64,000 bases of DNA from Albugo candida (Eukaryota), in NCBI GenBank assembly GCA_040437565.1, contig JBDOQK010000031.1, forward strand, positions 186,001-250,000, in the 5' to 3' direction. Under the pieces are notes generated by a model. It ran no database searches. It was given only the letters and a program-made list of their open reading frames with translations, and was not told the DNA's origin. Positions 60,331 through 64,000 of the stretch are shown one piece after another; within the stretch, counting starts at the first letter, position 1; the number at the start of each line of letters is the position of its first letter. The position numbers and the translations under genes are program-made.

Positions 60331-63300
60331 CTAGGATTGGTCATAGTTGGCTTTCCTGGTGAGAAATACTTCGATCGTTTTGTTGAGAGCATTCGTCAGC
60401 GCGGAAGCAATAAACTCTGGAGTTTCTCGGCATCCAATTTCAAGTTTAGATGCCGCTGTTGGTACAAAAAATCGTTTTCCTCGAGAATGACGTAGTCCTT
60501 TCCCAGCTGCATGCGCCAGAGAAGATTGCCATAGCTCCATTTCTTGCATTGTGGCCGCTACAAGGATAATCTCATTTTGTATCTTCTGGATCACTTGACC
60601 ATTATCGATCGCTAGCGATAGAATTCCTTTCTCTCGTTCCGAACTCCGAATTCGAATGGTTAGTGGCTCGGCGAGCTCCGTGACGAATCGTACGTTTCCG
60701 AGTGGAACGATTCCACGCAGCTCCTTGGACACTGTAAAGTAGTAGAGACAATTCCGGCTCAGTACAAACCATCGTTTGGAGCTAGTGAACCCGCTTTTCT
60801 TCAGCAAGTAGCCATTCAAACTTGTGTCCGATGGCCAGAGTTCTTGCTCATCTGCGATTGCCGACATGGACCCAAAACAAGCGCGCATGGTGTCGCTGAA
60901 GATTTGCATGTGGCGCTGATGGGCTTCAAAGGATTTCCATGTTGGATGAAGACGAGGACCGGTAGGAAGACTGTCGACACCGACACTTAAATGAAGACAT
61001 ATCTTGGATCCTTTCGAGTGTTCGACACGATATATGTAGCACAGCGGTGTTGTCCAGTTGACGACTGGAGTCGTGCCCATTCCAACTTCGATGTATAAAG
61101 CCCGCTCTTCCGTAACGATGATCCAATGCGTCAGATCCACCTTCTGTGGATCTTCTATCTCCCTTGTCTGCTGCTGTGCTTGCAACACGCACTCCTCCAG
61201 ACTTTCGAATTGAAGTGTAATTGGCCGACTGGCTCCCCGCAGCAATCGCATCGTTTCATGGAACCCAATGCCTCGAACATCTACACCACAAACGCCAATC
61301 AGGAAATCGCCATTTTGAAGAATTTTATGACTTGAGCTTAGTTTCGTTTTGACTCGAAATTGTGCGCTTAAGGCATCAAATGATTTGATTGTGACATTTT
61401 CACAGTAGAAATCGGATTCTAGCTCCAAGCCGAGTCTTTTATCAAGAAATTCGACTTCATATTGGAGCTTGCGGACGCCATCTTCTTTCTTGTCTTCAGC
61501 TTCCTGCAATGTCCGGCGGAAGGAGCTCGTCAGCTCTTTGATCGTATCGGCGTTCTGTGTCTGTGTACGAGCATCTCGGACAAATTCATCGGCTGATACG
61601 CGTTGCGTGATCTCGAAATAAAACAGAATTTTTTCCTCCATCAATTTGTTCCCTCCCGTGCGTCTCAGTAATTCGTGTGCGATGACATCCACTTCTTTGT
61701 AGCATTTGAGCTCATTGCATCGGCCAAATACTCGTGGTTTTCGAATTCGTTGGACTTTATTCCGTTCATGATACGATCGATTTCGAACGCCTTGTGAAGC
61801 TCGCGAAGCGAAATCAAAGATACCGGCGACAGGCTTTACAGGCAATCCGATGATTCCCGTGATCGTACCCTTCACAAAGCCAATTGTTCCATTCTCTCTT
61901 GTTCCTCGCACAGGTCCGAGCACAAGTCCAGCGACACCTTCATACAGCCCAAGACTCAGTTCCTTGGAGCCTTGAATCAATCCCTCGCGGATACTTCGCA
62001 CGTGATGACGTCGAGCTCGAGCGCGTGTCTGCTGATAATGATCATCCATGCTCATGGTGGCTAGCCCTTGACCAAATGTGCCTGAGATCTTGCTGGCCGC
62101 ATCAAATGTCCCATCCAGTGTGTTGGACACGAGACTCGCTGTACCCTTTGCAACTCCCATACGGAAGCCTTTCGCACCAATTTTAAGTCCATCCAATGGC
62201 TCATATACGAAATCACGGACGCCGGTGCCAATATGATCGAGAAATCCGACGGGATTTCCTAGAAAATCAAAAGAGCCCAAGATGATATGCAATTGCTTCC
62301 ACAATTGCCGTGTATAATACTTGGAAACGCGTCGAATAAGATCTCCGCTCGTCCCAAACGCATGCTCGATCATGAGTGCATTCAGTCGAACAGGAGCGTT
62401 GTCCAAGTCTGGAACGTGCATGCTCAGATTCGGGAGTATCCAAGAGCCTTCACTTTTGTCATGAGATCCTGCTGTCATCTCCGTAGACGTCGATCCTGAG
62501 CGGTAAAGCGCATCTGGAGCCATTCCGACTTGGAAAGAAGTCGTATCTCTCAAAAGAATCGAAGTACTTGCTTGGAAAACATCGGATCGAAACGTGATAT
62601 CAATCTCTATCGGATGAATGTGAAGAAGAGCAAAGTACACTTTTTGCATTTCTTCCGATGGAGGTGCCGTGAAATGACTCAAGCTGTTTAACGGATCCAA
62701 TTCTTCGCTGTGAATGCTTTCCTTCAGATTCGCCAGAGCTTCTATCATCGTCTCAATGGAGTCCGTTTTCATGCAAATTTCGCCGTGACGGAGTTTGTAA
62801 TCTTTTCGACTCCACGGATCCGATAAAATCTGTCGAATACAAAGTGAGACCGAGAAGACAATTGTTTGATTGAGGATTCCTACCGCATTGAGAAACATTC
62901 GAGAAGAATGTAGCAGTTCCTCGTCCAGTTGCACGATCATCGGGTACAGCCAGAAGGAACAATGCTCAAAGTACGCCGTTGTGCCTTGCTCATTCGACCA
63001 CGTGCAGCAAAAGTGTACAGAAGCGAGATTAGCTTGACGATAATGGCAGTCGGCACAGACAAAGATACTCGATTCGTCGGTGGGTGTAGCGTTCTGAGAA
63101 TCAACAAGTTGTGGGCTGGACAGCACAGTCGAAGCTTGTTGACTCGTGCTGGTGTCCATGCGCTCCAGCGTATCGGCTGGAATCTCTCGGCGTGGACATA
63201 ACAGCTTGATAAAAGTAGCTTCATTGCTTTGATTATCAGCTTCGAAATCGTCCATTGTCACTTGCAGTCGCATTTTCTCACCAGAGCGTGCGTAATGGAT

Positions 63301-64000
63301 ACTGACACCTCCGAAGAAGATATACACAAGTTCCATTGGAATCTCATTCACACACGAGATGCCAACTCCTTCGGTTCGTAGCTGAAGGAATACTCTCGGG
63401 CCAAACGCATTGGTCGCTTCTGTCAAACTCGAGCTACTCGAAGCGCACGAATCGATCGTTCGTAGCTCGTGTTTCGACTCTTTCTCATCAAAGTCTTCTT
63501 CGCCGCCTTCAAAGAGTTCGAGAACTTTAGTTGGCCCATCCGCTCGAATGCGAACATGCACAAACGTTTTGGCACTTTGTGTCGGCATCTTTGGCACTTC
63601 CTTTGCAGATCGTGACGCTTGTTTGAGCTCCTTCCAATCGATCCAGTCTTCACGAGCCTTATCTGTGGATGTCTGAAGATGGTGAAGCCATTTACGGGCT
63701 TCCTCCAACGTGAGCGCCTTGAGATCGTACGTTTTTGTCGGTGTTACAATGGAAAACTGTTTTGATCTCACGTGCGGTCGTGACGACTTTCGTACCGCAC
63801 ATATCGCCACAGTCGATCGATCATCGACTGCTGGACTTTGAACGCTGTACCAAACATTCTCAGACGGGTCAAATGTGTTCAAAGGAGAGGATAATTGCCC
63901 ACGTGACAGCAGTCCAAGTCGCATCAAACGCGTAGCAACCTCCAAAGCTTTTGCTCGTTTGAGCTGCTTGTTGGCTATCAAAAACTCGACAATATTTCGA
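60331..64000 (-). CDS. VPS13: VPS13-family lipid-transfer protein, C-terminal part (5' end outside window), with extra DEP/PH/PDZ-like modules
   Basis: VRIRADGPTKVL, GVGISCVN..P.ELVYI, LGSFDFLGNPVG...IGTGVRDFVYEP and the ATG2_C-like G..GFVKG..GIIGLPVKPVAGIFD...RIRKPR. Confidence 0.93.
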   Translation of the reverse strand, partial: RNIVEFLIANKQLKRAKALEVATRLMRLGLLSRGQLSSPLNTFDPSENVWYSVQSPAVDDRSTVAICAVRKSSRPHVRSKQFSIVTPTKTYDLKALTLEEARKWLHHLQTSTDKAREDWIDWKELKQASRSAKEVPKMPTQSAKTFVHVRIRADGPTKVLELFEGGEEDFDEKESKHELRTIDSCASSSSSLTEATNAFGPRVFLQLRTEGVGISCVNEIPMELVYIFFGGVSIHYARSGEKMRLQVTMDDFEADNQSNEATFIKLLCPRREIPADTLERMDTSTSQQASTVLSSPQLVDSQNATPTDESSIFVCADCHYRQANLASVHFCCTWSNEQGTTAYFEHCSFWLYPMIVQLDEELLHSSRMFLNAVGILNQTIVFSVSLCIRQILSDPWSRKDYKLRHGEICMKTDSIETMIEALANLKESIHSEELDPLNSLSHFTAPPSEEMQKVYFALLHIHPIEIDITFRSDVFQASTSILLRDTTSFQVGMAPDALYRSGSTSTEMTAGSHDKSEGSWILPNLSMHVPDLDNAPVRLNALMIEHAFGTSGDLIRRVSKYYTRQLWKQLHIILGSFDFLGNPVGFLDHIGTGVRDFVYEPLDGLKIGAKGFRMGVAKGTASLVSNTLDGTFDAASKISGTFGQGLATMSMDDHYQQTRARARRHHVRSIREGLIQGSKELSLGLYEGVAGLVLGPVRGTRENGTIGFVKGTITGIIGLPVKPVAGIFDFASRASQGVRNRSYHERNKVQRIRKPRVFGRCNELKCYKEVDVIAHELLRRTGGNKLMEEKILFYFEITQRVSADEFVRDARTQTQNADTIKELTSSFRRTLQEAEDKKEDGVRKLQYEVEFLDKRLGLELESDFYCENVTIKSFDALSAQFRVKTKLSSSHKILQNGDFLIGVCGVDVRGIGFHETMRLLRGASRPITLQFESLEECVLQAQQQTREIEDPQKVDLTHWIIVTEERALYIEVGMGTTPVVNWTTPLCYIYRVEHSKGSKICLHLSVGVDSLPTGPRLHPTWKSFEAHQRHMQIFSDTMRACFGSMSAIADEQELWPSDTSLNGYLLKKSGFTSSKRWFVLSRNCLYYFTVSKELRGIVPLGNVRFVTELAEPLTIRIRSSEREKGILSLAIDNGQVIQKIQNEIILVAATMQEMELWQSSLAHAAGKGLRHSRGKRFFVPTAASKLEIGCRETPEFIASALTNALNKTIEVFLTRKANYDQS

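Noticed and set aside
1-64000. CRISPR arrays, rRNA or tRNA genes, prokaryotic defence systems
   Set aside because: Intron-containing eukaryotic DNA; no repeat-spacer array or RNA gene signature was seen.

Overview
Eukaryotic nuclear DNA: compact, gene-dense, short GT-AG introns of about 45-65 nt. The gene families (START-FYVE, CH-myosin, fused CPS, copia element) point to an oomycete, possibly Albugo-like; the taxon is inference. In order the window holds: the C-terminus of a UBR/PRT6 E3 ligase, a frameshifted CFAP20/DUF667-like remnant, a degenerate Ty1/copia retrotransposon, a tiny ORF encoding an EF-Tu N-terminal (elf18-like) peptide, NUP188, an endosulfine-motif protein, PDH E1-alpha, mitochondrial EF-Tu, a START+FYVE protein, a CH-domain myosin, LRRC45, PIG-B, a TauE/SafE transporter, an NAGK-NAGPR (ARG5,6-like) fusion head-to-head with a fused CPS III-like carbamoyl-phosphate synthase, a coiled-coil protein, RabGGTase alpha, an ATG14-like gene, and the C-terminus of a multidomain VPS13. 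Nine 100-N gaps are present. Eight are flanked by apparently exact direct duplications, so the second EF-Tu, second FYVE gene and split CPS/NAGK are most likely assembly artefacts. The two strongest leads are the elf18-like micro-ORF and the divergent arginine/CPS gene pair. All calls come from motif recognition by eye; no searches were run.
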